Of a DNA stretch of 64,000 bases, positions 29,834 through 40,624 are shown one piece after another. A model generated the notes under the pieces. The model had not been told where the DNA came from, searched no databases, and saw only the letters and a program-made list of their open reading frames with translations. The DNA lies in NCBI GenBank assembly GCA_051746405.1, contig JBNJFB010000006.1:8407-72406 (forward strand), in the 5' to 3' direction. A program made the position numbers and the translations under genes. Every line of letters starts with the position of its first letter. Within the stretch, counting starts at the first letter, position 1. This DNA is from Campylobacterota bacterium (GTDB taxonomy: Bacteria > Campylobacterota > Campylobacteria > Campylobacterales > Arcobacteraceae).

Positions 29834-30035
29834 AGCTTTTTCCTTTCGTGAAATGATACACAATTTAACTTTTAATTTTTATAAATAGAATAAAATTTTG
29901 TTATAATAGTACCATGGCAATATTATAGCATATTTTTTATCAAATGCAAATAATTTTCCTTTAAGGTTAATTGTTTTATAATTTTGCCAAAGGAAAAATA
30001 TTTTCCTATAATAAATTATATTAAAAAGGATTTGC

Positions 30036-30698
30036 ATGAGACAATATGAAACATATAAGTGTAACCAATGTGGTTGTGAAGTAGAAGTACAAGAAGCAAA
30101 TGAAAAAGCAAAGCTTTCTTGCTGTAATCAAGAAATGGAAATGACTACAGAAAACTTAACAGCTGTAAATTTAATGAAAGCATTCGCAGGTGAATCACAA
30201 GCTAGAAATAAGTATGAGTTCTTTGCAGATGTGGCATTTGAAGAGGGTTTACATAGAATTTCTAGATTTTTTCAAGAAGCTGCTGACAATGAAAAATACC
30301 ATGCTATGGCAGAGTTCAAGGCTTATAATAAATTAGTAAATGATATTGAGCTTGATACTACAAAGAAAAATATTCAATATGCAGCAGATGGTGAAAAGTA
30401 TGAGCATGAGCAGATGTATCCAAACTTTGAAGCAATTGCAAAAGAAGAGGGTCTAAAAGAGATTGCAAGAATGTTTAAAGCAATTGGAAAAGTTGAAGTT
30501 GAACATGAAAGAGAGTATTTAGAACTAAAACAAGAGCTTATTGATGAAGGTTTCTTAGAGTCTGATGAGGAAGAAGAGTGGGTTTGTGAAGTTTGTGGTC
30601 ATGTACACAGAGGTAAGAAACCACCAAAACAGTGTCCATTATGTAGAGTTGAAAAAGAGTATTTCAAAAAAAGAAGTAGTGACGTAACAGTAGGTTAA
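30036..30698 (+). CDS. desulforubrerythrin (desulforedoxin + rubrerythrin + rubredoxin domains)
   Basis: YKCNQCG..CC N-terminus, AFAGESQARNKY with ExxH di-iron motifs, and CEVCG..CPLC C-terminus. Confidence 0.9.
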   Translation: MRQYETYKCNQCGCEVEVQEANEKAKLSCCNQEMEMTTENLTAVNLMKAFAGESQARNKYEFFADVAFEEGLHRISRFFQEAADNEKYHAMAEFKAYNKLVNDIELDTTKKNIQYAADGEKYEHEQMYPNFEAIAKEEGLKEIARMFKAIGKVEVEHEREYLELKQELIDEGFLESDEEEEWVCEVCGHVHRGKKPPKQCPLCRVEKEYFKKRSSDVTVG

Positions 30699-30716
30699 TA
30701 TAAGTTAATAAAAAAA

Positions 30717-30741
30717 TTAAGGGGCATTTCATGCTTCTTAA
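30717..30741 (+). terminator. possible terminator hairpin after desulforubrerythrin
   Basis: TTAAGGGGCA-TTTCA-TGCTTCTTAA with G-U pairs; weak U tract. Confidence 0.4.
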
Positions 30742-30793
30742 ACTCTAAGATATAATATTTTTGATAATATACTTAAAAACTTATGGAGTCTCT

Positions 30794-32374
30794 TTGTCAA
30801 AAATAGTTTTACTAACTGCCCTACTTTTAAATCTACTTTATTCAAAAAATTTTACTGTATCAACTTATAATGTTGAAAACCTATTTGATTTAGAAAACAA
30901 TAAAACAGAGTATTTTGAATATAGAATTAATAATAAAACAAACTGGAATAAAAAAAACTTTAAAATTAAACTAAAAAACAGTATAGATATTATAAGAAAA
31001 ATTGATGCAGATATTATTGCACTGCAAGAAATAGAAAATAGAAATATACTAGAAACTTTGCAAAATAAACTTCCCAAATATAAATATATATCTTTTAGTA
31101 AATATAATAATTCAGCTATTGGCTTAGGTTTTTTATCAAAAATAAAAATAGTTTCAAGTAATAATATTGATGTAAACTTCTATAGAAGAGTTTATAGACC
31201 AATTTTAGAAACAACTTTTAAAATAGATAATATAGAGTTTAAGATATTTAATAACCATTGGCCCTCAAAAAGAGTAGATGAAAGTTATAGAATAAAATAT
31301 GCAAAAAGACTATTTGATAGAGTTAAACAACTTCCTAAAGATTATGATTATATAATACTTGGAGATTTAAACTCAAACTACAATGAATATCAAACTTTCA
31401 AATATGATAAAAAACTTAATACTACAGACTCAATTACAGGAATCAACCATATTTTAAATACACATTTAGATGGTGAATTTAATACTTATGATGATTTTAT
31501 GAAGAAACGAAAAAGGTCTCACCTTAACCTATGGCTTGAATTAGATATAAACAGTAGATACTCAAGCAGTTATAGAAATCAATATATTACACCTGATAAT
31601 ATAATATTACCCCAAGCTTTATTTGATAATAAAAAACTATCTTATATAAAAAAATCTTTTATGGTATATAAAGATGAAAATATTATAAATAACAGTAAGA
31701 TTTATAGATGGCAAGTAAACTATAAAGATAAAAAAAACTATCATAAAGGAGTTGGATACTCAGATCACTTACCATTAAAAGCCAGTTTCTCCACAAATAA
31801 AAATTACAGAAATAGTTTAGAAGATAATATTATTAATCAAAACAAACAAGAGTTTAAAATATCCTATTTATATTCAAAAGAGAAGTTAATAGATAGTATA
31901 ATTTTAAAAGATGTTATAGTTATATACAAAAACAACAACAGTGCTATAATAAAACAAAGAAATAATCGTGCTATATATCTATATAAAAATGCAAAAAATC
32001 TAAAAAAAGGTTTTATGTATGATCTCAAAGTAAATCAAATCAAAGACTACAATGGACTAAAAGAGATTGAAAACTTTGAAATAGTAAAAGAGTATGGCAA
32101 GTACAAAAACTATAAGCAACTCTATTTAGAAGGTAATGATATAAATATTTTAGATGCAAAGTTTCAAAATGAGATTATTAAAAATATGAACTTTACAGTA
32201 AAAAGGAAAAGACTCTATTTTAATAAAAATGACTATATCTATATGTATGCAAAGGATGAATCAGATCTTCCAAAAAGTAATACTAAAATAGAAGTAAAAA
32301 GTGGTCATCTTGGAGTATATAGAGGTAAAAAACAGATTATTTTCTACAATAAGTCAGATTATGAATACAGATAA
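30794..32374 (+). CDS. exported endonuclease/exonuclease/phosphatase family protein
   Basis: TYNVENLFD, ALQEIEN, NHWPSK, GDLNS, DNI and SDHLP. Probable TTG start at 30794 after GGAG. Confidence 0.85.
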   Translation: MSKIVLLTALLLNLLYSKNFTVSTYNVENLFDLENNKTEYFEYRINNKTNWNKKNFKIKLKNSIDIIRKIDADIIALQEIENRNILETLQNKLPKYKYISFSKYNNSAIGLGFLSKIKIVSSNNIDVNFYRRVYRPILETTFKIDNIEFKIFNNHWPSKRVDESYRIKYAKRLFDRVKQLPKDYDYIILGDLNSNYNEYQTFKYDKKLNTTDSITGINHILNTHLDGEFNTYDDFMKKRKRSHLNLWLELDINSRYSSSYRNQYITPDNIILPQALFDNKKLSYIKKSFMVYKDENIINNSKIYRWQVNYKDKKNYHKGVGYSDHLPLKASFSTNKNYRNSLEDNIINQNKQEFKISYLYSKEKLIDSIILKDVIVIYKNNNSAIIKQRNNRAIYLYKNAKNLKKGFMYDLKVNQIKDYNGLKEIENFEIVKEYGKYKNYKQLYLEGNDINILDAKFQNEIIKNMNFTVKRKRLYFNKNDYIYMYAKDESDLPKSNTKIEVKSGHLGVYRGKKQIIFYNKSDYEYR

Positions 32375-32386
32375 TAAAGAGAGAAA

Positions 32387-33688
32387 ATGTTAATTAAATC
32401 AATTTTTACAAATAGTACAGGTATTTTAACTTCACGAATATTAGGATTTATTAGAGATCTGTTTACTGCTTCAATTTTAGGTGCAAATATCTACTCAGAT
32501 ATCTTTTTTGTGGCTTTTAAACTACCTAACCTTTTTAGAAGAGTTTTTGCAGAGGGTGCTTTTACCCAAGCTTTTATTCCAGCTTATGCAAAATCAAAAC
32601 ATAAAATCAGATTTTCCTCAGTAGTATTTTTACAAATCTTTGGTTTTTTAATAGTTTTATCTTTATTTGTAACTGCATTTTCACATTTAGTTGCTAAAGC
32701 AATAGCAATAGGTTTTGATGCAAAAACAATTGATTTAGCAGCACCTCTTTTTGCTATAAACTTTTACTATTTGCCTATGATTTTTATTGTAACATTTATG
32801 GCTGCGTTATTACAATATAAAAATCACTTTGCAACAACAGCCTACAGCACTTCTTTATTAAATTTAAGTTTAATTGGTGCACTATTAATATCACAAAACC
32901 TAGATAAGTATGAGATAACATTTTACTTATCTTATGGTGTTTTAATAGGAGGGGTTCTTCAAATAATTGTACACTTAATAGCTATAAAAAAACTTAGCCT
33001 ATGTAAAATTTTTCATTTTAAAAAGCATAGAAAAAAAGAGGAGAATAAGTTTTATAAAAATTTTATGTCTGCAACTCTTGGTTCTTCAACTGCCCATATC
33101 TCAGCTTTTTTAGATACATGGCTTGCATCATTTTTAGTAAGTGGTTCTATTTCTTACCTTTACTATGCAAATAGAGTTTTTCAACTTCCATTAGCACTTT
33201 TTGCTATAGCAACCTCAGTTGCACTTTTTCCTATGATAGCAAAAGCTATAAAAAACAAAAATGAACATAGAGCTTTAGCATTGATGAAAAAATCTTCTGT
33301 AATTTTATTTGTTTTATTATTTGTGGCTACAATAATAGGAGTAGTTTTTGATAGCTTTATAATAAAACTACTATTTCAAAGGGGTGCATTTAATGAAAAT
33401 GATACTATAAATACAGCATTGATTTTATCTATGTATCTAATAGGACTTCTGCCCTATGGCTTAGCAAAGATATTCTCCCTTTGGTTATATGCAAAAGAAA
33501 AACAGTTTGTTGCAGCAAAAATCTCTATGAAAAGTTTAGGTTTTAATATCATTTTTTCACTTTTGTTAATAAAACCTTATGGTGCAGCAGGACTTGCATT
33601 TGCTTCTACTTTAAGTGGATTTATACTATTTTTTCTAACTATAAAAGAGTTTGGATTTTATAAGTTTCTAAGTATGTATAGAAAATAA
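32387..33688 (+). CDS. murJ: lipid II flippase
   Basis: SRILGFIRD, PNLFRRVFAEGAF and YANRVFQLP. Confidence 0.95.
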   Translation: MLIKSIFTNSTGILTSRILGFIRDLFTASILGANIYSDIFFVAFKLPNLFRRVFAEGAFTQAFIPAYAKSKHKIRFSSVVFLQIFGFLIVLSLFVTAFSHLVAKAIAIGFDAKTIDLAAPLFAINFYYLPMIFIVTFMAALLQYKNHFATTAYSTSLLNLSLIGALLISQNLDKYEITFYLSYGVLIGGVLQIIVHLIAIKKLSLCKIFHFKKHRKKEENKFYKNFMSATLGSSTAHISAFLDTWLASFLVSGSISYLYYANRVFQLPLALFAIATSVALFPMIAKAIKNKNEHRALALMKKSSVILFVLLFVATIIGVVFDSFIIKLLFQRGAFNENDTINTALILSMYLIGLLPYGLAKIFSLWLYAKEKQFVAAKISMKSLGFNIIFSLLLIKPYGAAGLAFASTLSGFILFFLTIKEFGFYKFLSMYRK

Positions 33689-33750
33689 TTTTTAGAAATT
33701 TAATTTTTTTTAGATATAATAATAGATTATACTATTAACATAGGATTTAA

Positions 33751-35460
33751 ATGAGAGAATTTTATAAACACTACTTACCATATATCAAAGATTATAAATT
33801 AAAGTTTTTTTACGCTGTAATTGGGATGATTCTAGTTGCAGGTGGTACTGCTGGGACTGTATATATTATTGAGCCTTTATTAGATGAAATTTTTATAAAC
33901 AAAGATGAAAATCTACTTTATATTATGCCTTTTATTGTTGTTGCTATTTACTCTGCTAAAGGAATAGGTGGCTATATTCAAAAATATTATATATCTTTTA
34001 TTGGTCAAGATATTGTAAGAATAATGAGAGATAAGCTTCTAAAACATATTTTAGATTTAGATATGGCATTTTTCCAAAAAAAGCACGGTGGGGAACTTAT
34101 ATCAAGAATTACAAACGATATAAATAAAATTCAAGCTGCTGTTTCAAACTATGTGGCTGACATGATAAGAGAAAGTTTGACTATTTTAGGTTTAGTTGCA
34201 GTTGCAATCTACCAAAGTCCAGAGCTTGCCTTTTATGGACTTGTTGTACTTCCAGCTGCATTAATTCCACTATCAAAGCTTGCAAAAAAGATGAAAAAAC
34301 TATCTTTTAAATCACAAGAGTCTATTTCAGATATCACCTCACAATTAAGTGAAACTTTTAATAATGTTGAGTTAATAAAAGCTAATTTTACAAATAAACA
34401 TGAACTAGAAGATTTCAAAAGTCATAATAAAAACTTTTTTAAGCTAACACTTAAAACTGTTCAAACAAATGCCCTAGTATCTCCAATCATGGAAATAATA
34501 GGTTCAATAGGTTTTGCAGTAGTTATTGTTGTTGGTGGTTCACAAGTTATAAGTGGTGAGCTAACAACTGGTTCTTTCCTTTCATTTACAACTGCACTAT
34601 TCTCTTTATATACACCAATTAAAAGACTATCATCTTTATATAACCAACTGCAAGATGCAATTGCAGCTGATATTAGAATAAAACATATATTTGCCCATAA
34701 ACCTACAATTGAAAATGGAACTAAACAGTTTCCTTCAAAAATAGAGCATATAAGACTTGAAAATATTGAGTTAAAGTATGATGATGTAGTAGCCCTAAAA
34801 GATATAAACCTCACAGCAAAAAAAGGTGAAAAGTTTGCATTAGTAGGAGATAGTGGTGGTGGAAAGTCATCTGTTATTAATCTATTGATTAGGTTTTATG
34901 AAGCAAATAGTGGACAAATATTATTTAACAATGATGAGATAAAAACCATTGATATAAAATCACTTAGAAATAGTATCTCTGTAGTAACACAAAGAGTATA
35001 TATCTTCAATGATACTATTGCAAAAAATGTAGCTTATGGATTTGAGGTTGATGAAAATAGAGTTATTGAGTGTTTACAACAAGCACATGCCTATGAGTTT
35101 GTAAAAAATTTAGAAAATGGAGTAAATACAAGATTAGATGAGTTTGGCACAAATCTAAGTGGAGGTCAAAGACAAAGAATCGCAATAGCAAGAGCACTTT
35201 ATAAACAACCTCAAGTATTAATATTAGATGAAGCAACCTCTGCACTTGATAATGAGAGTGAATCAATCATTTCAGATGTAATTGATAATATCTCAAAAGA
35301 TAGAATAACTTTTGTTATTGCCCATAGATTAAGTACCATTAAAAATGCAGATAAAATAGCTGTATTTAAAAAAGGTAAAATAGTTGCAATTGACAAAGAG
35401 GAGAATTTATTGCAAAATTGTGATGAATATAAAAGACTTTATAATCTCGCAAATCTGTAA
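33751..35460 (+). CDS. msbA: ABC exporter, MsbA-like
   Basis: TM domain plus GDSGGGKS, LSGGQRQR and DEATSALD. Confidence 0.8.
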   Translation: MREFYKHYLPYIKDYKLKFFYAVIGMILVAGGTAGTVYIIEPLLDEIFINKDENLLYIMPFIVVAIYSAKGIGGYIQKYYISFIGQDIVRIMRDKLLKHILDLDMAFFQKKHGGELISRITNDINKIQAAVSNYVADMIRESLTILGLVAVAIYQSPELAFYGLVVLPAALIPLSKLAKKMKKLSFKSQESISDITSQLSETFNNVELIKANFTNKHELEDFKSHNKNFFKLTLKTVQTNALVSPIMEIIGSIGFAVVIVVGGSQVISGELTTGSFLSFTTALFSLYTPIKRLSSLYNQLQDAIAADIRIKHIFAHKPTIENGTKQFPSKIEHIRLENIELKYDDVVALKDINLTAKKGEKFALVGDSGGGKSSVINLLIRFYEANSGQILFNNDEIKTIDIKSLRNSISVVTQRVYIFNDTIAKNVAYGFEVDENRVIECLQQAHAYEFVKNLENGVNTRLDEFGTNLSGGQRQRIAIARALYKQPQVLILDEATSALDNESESIISDVIDNISKDRITFVIAHRLSTIKNADKIAVFKKGKIVAIDKEENLLQNCDEYKRLYNLANL

Positions 35461-35530
35461 ATTTATTTATGTTAAAACAAATATTTAACAATATTTGGAT
35501 AAAATGCCTAAATTTAAAAAAAGGATTAAC

Positions 35531-36595
35531 TTGTTTAGTTATGATACAATCAAAAAAGTTTTATTTAAATTTGAACCTGAAACAGCACATAATATAGCTG
35601 AGTTTGGTTTAAAAACATTAGGTGGATTTAACCCTGTAAAAAAACCTATGGAAAAGAGAAACTTTATAGATGACCCTAAACTAAAACAGGATATCTTTAA
35701 CGTAACATTTAAAAACCCAGTTGGATTAGCAGCAGGTTTTGATAAAAACGCTACAATGGTAAAATCAATGAAAGCTTTAGGATTTGGATTTACTGAAATT
35801 GGTACAATGACACCAAGACCACAAAGCGGTAATGCAAAACCAAGAATGTTTAGGTACCCTGAGTATAAAAGTGTTCAAAATGCAATGGGTTTTAATAACA
35901 AAGGTGCCCATGAGGTTTTAAAAAACCTAAAAGATGTACACCCTTTTGAGATACCATTGGGTGCAAATATAGGTAAAAATAAGATTACACCTGAAAAGTA
36001 TGCCTTAAGTGATTATAAGTCATTAATTAAAAAGTTTGAAGATATTAGTGATTATTTGGTTATAAATATTTCAAGTCCAAATACTCCAAACTTAAGAGAT
36101 TTACAAAATGAAGAGTTTATTACAGAGCTTTTTAATATGGGCAAAGAGTTGACCAACAAGCCAATTCTACTAAAGATTGCACCTGATATGCAAGCTAGCG
36201 TGGCTATAGAGCTTTGTAAAAGTGCTGTAAATGCAGGTGCAGGTGGTATTATTGCAACAAATACTACTATTGATTATAGTTTAGTTCCAAACTGTCAAAA
36301 TTTTGGTGGTTTAAGTGGTGCTTGTTTAACAAATAAGTCTTGTGATTTATTTAAAGACATAGCAAAAGAGTTATTTAATAAAACAACCTTAATATCAGTT
36401 GGTGGAATCTCAACAGGACAAGAAGCATATAAAAGAATAAAAGCAGGTGCATCACTAGTACAAGTCTATTCTGGGCTTATTTTTGATGGGCCTTCAATGG
36501 TAAGAGAGATAAATAAAGAGATATTAGAGCTTCTAAAAGCTGATGGTTACACAAATATAACCCAAGCTATTGGAGCAGATATAAAAAAAGGATAG
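35531..36595 (+). CDS. pyrD: dihydroorotate dehydrogenase (quinone)
   Basis: GLAAGFDKN, NISSPNT and GGLSG. TTG start at 35531 after AAGGA. Confidence 0.95.
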   Translation: MFSYDTIKKVLFKFEPETAHNIAEFGLKTLGGFNPVKKPMEKRNFIDDPKLKQDIFNVTFKNPVGLAAGFDKNATMVKSMKALGFGFTEIGTMTPRPQSGNAKPRMFRYPEYKSVQNAMGFNNKGAHEVLKNLKDVHPFEIPLGANIGKNKITPEKYALSDYKSLIKKFEDISDYLVINISSPNTPNLRDLQNEEFITELFNMGKELTNKPILLKIAPDMQASVAIELCKSAVNAGAGGIIATNTTIDYSLVPNCQNFGGLSGACLTNKSCDLFKDIAKELFNKTTLISVGGISTGQEAYKRIKAGASLVQVYSGLIFDGPSMVREINKEILELLKADGYTNITQAIGADIKKG

Positions 36596-36599
36596 AAAA

Positions 36600-37925
36600 A
36601 TGAGACTTATCAAAAAAATTTTAATTCATTTTTCACTATTAACAATTTTCGCAGGAGAAATAATGAGTAGCAGTTTACCAAAATACTATACGCAGACTTT
36701 AGATAATGGCCTAAAAATAGTAGCCATACCAATGAACAATAATTCAAATGTAATAACTACTGATATTTTCTATAATGTAGGAAGTCGAGATGAAATAATG
36801 GGTAAAAGTGGAATTGCTCATATGTTAGAACATTTAAATTTCAAGTCAACAAAAAACCTTGAATCAGGTGAGTTTGATGAGATTGTAAAAGGATTTGGGG
36901 GAGTAAATAACGCCTCCACATCATTTGACTATACGCACTACTATATAAAATCTTCATCTAAAAATATGGATAAGTCTTTAGAACTTTTTGCAGAGCTTAT
37001 GCAAAATCTTACTTTAAAAGATGAAGAGTTTCAACCTGAACGAGATGTTGTAGCAGAAGAGAGAAGATGGAGAACAGATAATAACCCAATGGGATATTTA
37101 CAGTTTAGGCTATTTAACAATGCCTACATCTATCATCCGTATCACTGGACTCCAATTGGATTTATGAATGATATAAAAAATTGGACAATTGATGATATTA
37201 AAAGTTTCCATGAAACCTATTATCAACCAAAAAATGCAATTGTTGTAGTTGCAGGTGATATTACAAAAGAAGAGGTTTTTGAAGCTACCAAAAAAGAGTT
37301 TGAAACTATTGAAAATACAAAAGAGATTCCATCAAAGTTACATACAATAGAGCCTGTTCAAGATGGTGCAAAAAGAGTATTTATAACAAATAAAGATTCT
37401 GCTGTTGATATGTTAGCCATTGCTTATCATATTCCTGATTTTGAGCATGAAGATCAAGTTGCACTATCTGCATTAAGTGAATTTTTCAGTTCAGGGAAAA
37501 GCTCTATTTTACAAAAAAGATTAGTGGATGAAAAAAGATTAGTAAACTCGGTTTTTGCTTATAACTTAGAGTTAAAAGATCCTGGACTATTTCTTTTTGC
37601 TGCAGTTGCAAATGAGGGTATAAAAGCAGAAGATATTGAAAATGAAATTTTACAAATTATTCAAGAAGTAAAAAGTGGAGATATAAAGAAAAAAGATATA
37701 GATAAAATCAAAGTAAATACAAAAGCTGATTTTATTTTCTCTTTAGAAAACTCTTCATCAGTTGCATCAATTTTTGGTTCATACTTTATAAAAGACAATA
37801 TAAAACCTCTGATTGAATACGAAGAAAGCATAGAAAAGCTATCAAAGGAAGATTTAATAGAGGTTGCAAATAAGTATTTAACAAAAGATAACTCTACAAC
37901 AGTAATTTTAAAGCAGGAAGAGTAG
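36600..37925 (+). CDS. M16 (pitrilysin-family) zinc peptidase
   Basis: HMLEH inverzincin motif, NASTSFDYTHY and HPYHWTPIG. Confidence 0.92.
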   Translation: MRLIKKILIHFSLLTIFAGEIMSSSLPKYYTQTLDNGLKIVAIPMNNNSNVITTDIFYNVGSRDEIMGKSGIAHMLEHLNFKSTKNLESGEFDEIVKGFGGVNNASTSFDYTHYYIKSSSKNMDKSLELFAELMQNLTLKDEEFQPERDVVAEERRWRTDNNPMGYLQFRLFNNAYIYHPYHWTPIGFMNDIKNWTIDDIKSFHETYYQPKNAIVVVAGDITKEEVFEATKKEFETIENTKEIPSKLHTIEPVQDGAKRVFITNKDSAVDMLAIAYHIPDFEHEDQVALSALSEFFSSGKSSILQKRLVDEKRLVNSVFAYNLELKDPGLFLFAAVANEGIKAEDIENEILQIIQEVKSGDIKKKDIDKIKVNTKADFIFSLENSSSVASIFGSYFIKDNIKPLIEYEESIEKLSKEDLIEVANKYLTKDNSTTVILKQEE

Positions 37926-38399
37926 ATGGATTATCATGTAAGTAAAACCAAATTTGGTGAGAAACCAGAGTTTGAATATCCAAAACCTATCTTTTTAGAA
38001 GAGATGGGTGAAGAGGGATTAAAAAAACTCTTTAGTGATTTTTATGATTTAGTTGTTGATAGTGATATAGGAAATTTTTTCCCACAAGATGAAGAGCAAT
38101 TAGAAAAAGTAAAAGAGCATAATGTAAAGTTTTTTATAGAAGCTTGTGGTGGACCTAAACACTATAGTGATGCAGTTGGTCACTTTGATATGCTAAAGAC
38201 CCATGAACAATTTTCTATTACTGAAAAAGCAAGACGTGAATGGCTTGGATGTATGCAAGAGGTTTTAAGAAAAACTGATATCTCAGATGAAGCAAAACAG
38301 AGTTTTTGGGACTTTTTAGAGAAGTTCTCAAAACATACGGTTAATGTGAATGAAAGACAAGAATTAGAAGACTTAGTAGCTAATAAAAAGGAAGGATAA
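37926..38399 (+). CDS. truncated (2/2) hemoglobin, group II-like
   Basis: FY (B9-B10), GGP, proximal His in MLKTH and G8 Trp in REWL. Confidence 0.8.
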   Translation: MDYHVSKTKFGEKPEFEYPKPIFLEEMGEEGLKKLFSDFYDLVVDSDIGNFFPQDEEQLEKVKEHNVKFFIEACGGPKHYSDAVGHFDMLKTHEQFSITEKARREWLGCMQEVLRKTDISDEAKQSFWDFLEKFSKHTVNVNERQELEDLVANKKEG

Positions 38400-38401
38400 G
38401 C

Positions 38402-39289
38402 ATGGAAACAATAACAGGTGCAATGACTGCACTAATAACACCATTTAGAAATGGAAATGTAGACTTAGAAAAATATGAATCTCTTATAAAAAGACAAATA
38501 AATCAAGGTATGGATGCAGTAGTTCCAGTTGGAACAACAGGTGAAAGTGCCACGTTATCTCATAAAGAGCATAAAGAGTGTATTGAAGTTGCAGTTGCCA
38601 CATGTAAAGGAACAAATGTAAAAGTAATTGCAGGTGCTGGCTCAAATGCAACCCATGAGGCTTGTGATATAGCTAGACACGCTCAAGATGTGGGAGCTGA
38701 TGGTTTATTATCTGTTACTCCATACTATAATAAACCATCTCAAGAGGGTTTATATGCTCACTATAAAGCTATTGCAAACTCTGTTGATATTCCTTTTATG
38801 CTTTATAATGTACCTGGAAGAACAGGTGTACAAATTGAGACAGATACAGTTGTTAGACTTTTTGATGATGTAAAAAACATCTATGCCATAAAAGAAGCAA
38901 CAGGTTCTATTACTAAAGTTGTTGAACTACTATCAAAAAGAGAAGACTTAGTTGTGGTTTCAGGGGAAGACCCAATTGATTATCCAATCTTAGCATCAGG
39001 TGGAAAAGGTATCATCTCAGTTACATCAAATATTGTTCCAAATCTAAAATCAAAACTAGTTCATAGTGTATTTGATGGAAACTATGAAAAATCAAGAAAA
39101 ATAAATGAAAGCTTATATCCACTAAACTCTGCACTATTTTGTGAAAGTAATCCTATCCCAATAAAAGCTGCTATGTATATAGCTGGATTATTAGATACAT
39201 TAGAGTATAGACTTCCTTTAACAGCACCAAGTGCAGAAAATATGAAAATGATAGAAGAGACTTTAAAAAACTATGAGGTAATTAAATAA
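38402..39289 (+). CDS. dapA: 4-hydroxy-tetrahydrodipicolinate synthase
   Basis: [19 protein letters not shown] and ESNPIPIK. Confidence 0.96.
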   Translation: METITGAMTALITPFRNGNVDLEKYESLIKRQINQGMDAVVPVGTTGESATLSHKEHKECIEVAVATCKGTNVKVIAGAGSNATHEACDIARHAQDVGADGLLSVTPYYNKPSQEGLYAHYKAIANSVDIPFMLYNVPGRTGVQIETDTVVRLFDDVKNIYAIKEATGSITKVVELLSKREDLVVVSGEDPIDYPILASGGKGIISVTSNIVPNLKSKLVHSVFDGNYEKSRKINESLYPLNSALFCESNPIPIKAAMYIAGLLDTLEYRLPLTAPSAENMKMIEETLKNYEVIK

Positions 39290-40068
39290 TGAGTAATGAT
39301 ATGCAAGGTAAGACTTTAGTAATAACTGGCGGAACAAAAGGTATAGGTAAGGAGTGCGTTTATAAATTTGCTAGCAATGGCGTAAACGTTGCATTTACAT
39401 ATAATTCAAATGCACAGATTGCTGAAGATATTTGTAAAGATATTGAAGATAACTATGGTGTAAAATGTAAAGCATACCCTTACAATATTTTAGAACCAGA
39501 AACTGCAAAAGAACTGTTTTTAGAGATCGATAAAGATTTTGATAGAGTTGATTTCTTTATTTCGAATGCTATGATTTATGGAAGAGCAGTTGTTGGTGGA
39601 TATGGTAAGTTTATGAAATTAAAACCAAGAGGATTAAACAATATTTATACTGCAACAGTTAATGCATTTGTTTGTGGAGCACAGCAAGCTGCAAAAAGAA
39701 TGCAAAAAATTGGTGGTGGAGCTATTGTTTCTTTATCATCAACTGGTAACTTAGTATATATCGAAAACTACTCAGGTCATGGTACAAATAAAGCTGCTGT
39801 TGAAGCTATGGTAAGATATGCAGCAACAGAACTTGGTGAGTTTAATATCAGAGTTAATGCCGTTTCAGGTGGTCCTATTGATACAGATGCACTTAAAGCA
39901 TTTACAAACTATGAAGAAGTGAAAGCTAAAACAGCTGAATACTCACCATTAAATAGAATTGGTCAGCCTCAAGATTTAGCACAGTCTTGTTTCTTTTTAT
40001 GTACACAAGAGTCTTCATGGATAACAGGTCATACACTAATTGTAGATGGTGGGACTACTTTTAAATAA
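39289..40068 (+). CDS. SDR, enoyl-ACP reductase FabL-like
   Basis: TGGTKGIG, YSGHGTNK and GPIDTDAL; in the conserved Campylobacterota position between dapA and pgsA. Confidence 0.75.
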   Translation: MSNDMQGKTLVITGGTKGIGKECVYKFASNGVNVAFTYNSNAQIAEDICKDIEDNYGVKCKAYPYNILEPETAKELFLEIDKDFDRVDFFISNAMIYGRAVVGGYGKFMKLKPRGLNNIYTATVNAFVCGAQQAAKRMQKIGGGAIVSLSSTGNLVYIENYSGHGTNKAAVEAMVRYAATELGEFNIRVNAVSGGPIDTDALKAFTNYEEVKAKTAEYSPLNRIGQPQDLAQSCFFLCTQESSWITGHTLIVDGGTTFK

Positions 40069-40613
40069 TGACAAAATCTCTAAACTTACCAAATATATTA
40101 GCACTATTTAGAATAGCATTAGCTCCTTTACTTTTATGGTTTTTAATAAGTAAAGATAGTGCTATATTCTCAACTTGGCATCCTTCATGGATTGATTATT
40201 TTGCTGGCTTAATCTTTGTAATAGCATCTGTAACAGACTTCTTTGATGGTTTTATAGCACGTTCATGGAATCAAATGACAAAACTAGGTGGTATCTTAGA
40301 CCCACTTGCAGATAAAATGCTTATGCTTGCAGGTTTTTTAGGACTTATGGCTATTGACAGGGCTTCTGCATGGGCAGTTTTTTTAATACTTTCAAGGGAG
40401 TTTTTTATAACAGGACTTAGAGTTGTTGCAATTGGTGAGGGCAAAAATGTAGCCTCAACAATGGCAGGAAAGATAAAAACAGTAATACAAATGATAGCAA
40501 TTGGCTTTTTGATTATGAACTGGCCTTTTGGAGAGCTTTTACTTTGGGTAGCTGTTATCTTAACACTATACTCAGGATATGAGTATATTAGAGACTATTT
40601 TAAAATAAATTAA
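40068..40613 (+). CDS. pgsA: CDP-diacylglycerol--glycerol-3-phosphate 3-phosphatidyltransferase
   Basis: TDFFDGFIAR...GGILDPLADK motif. Confidence 0.95.
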   Translation: MTKSLNLPNILALFRIALAPLLLWFLISKDSAIFSTWHPSWIDYFAGLIFVIASVTDFFDGFIARSWNQMTKLGGILDPLADKMLMLAGFLGLMAIDRASAWAVFLILSREFFITGLRVVAIGEGKNVASTMAGKIKTVIQMIAIGFLIMNWPFGELLLWVAVILTLYSGYEYIRDYFKIN

Positions 40614-40624
40614 TGGAGTTATAA

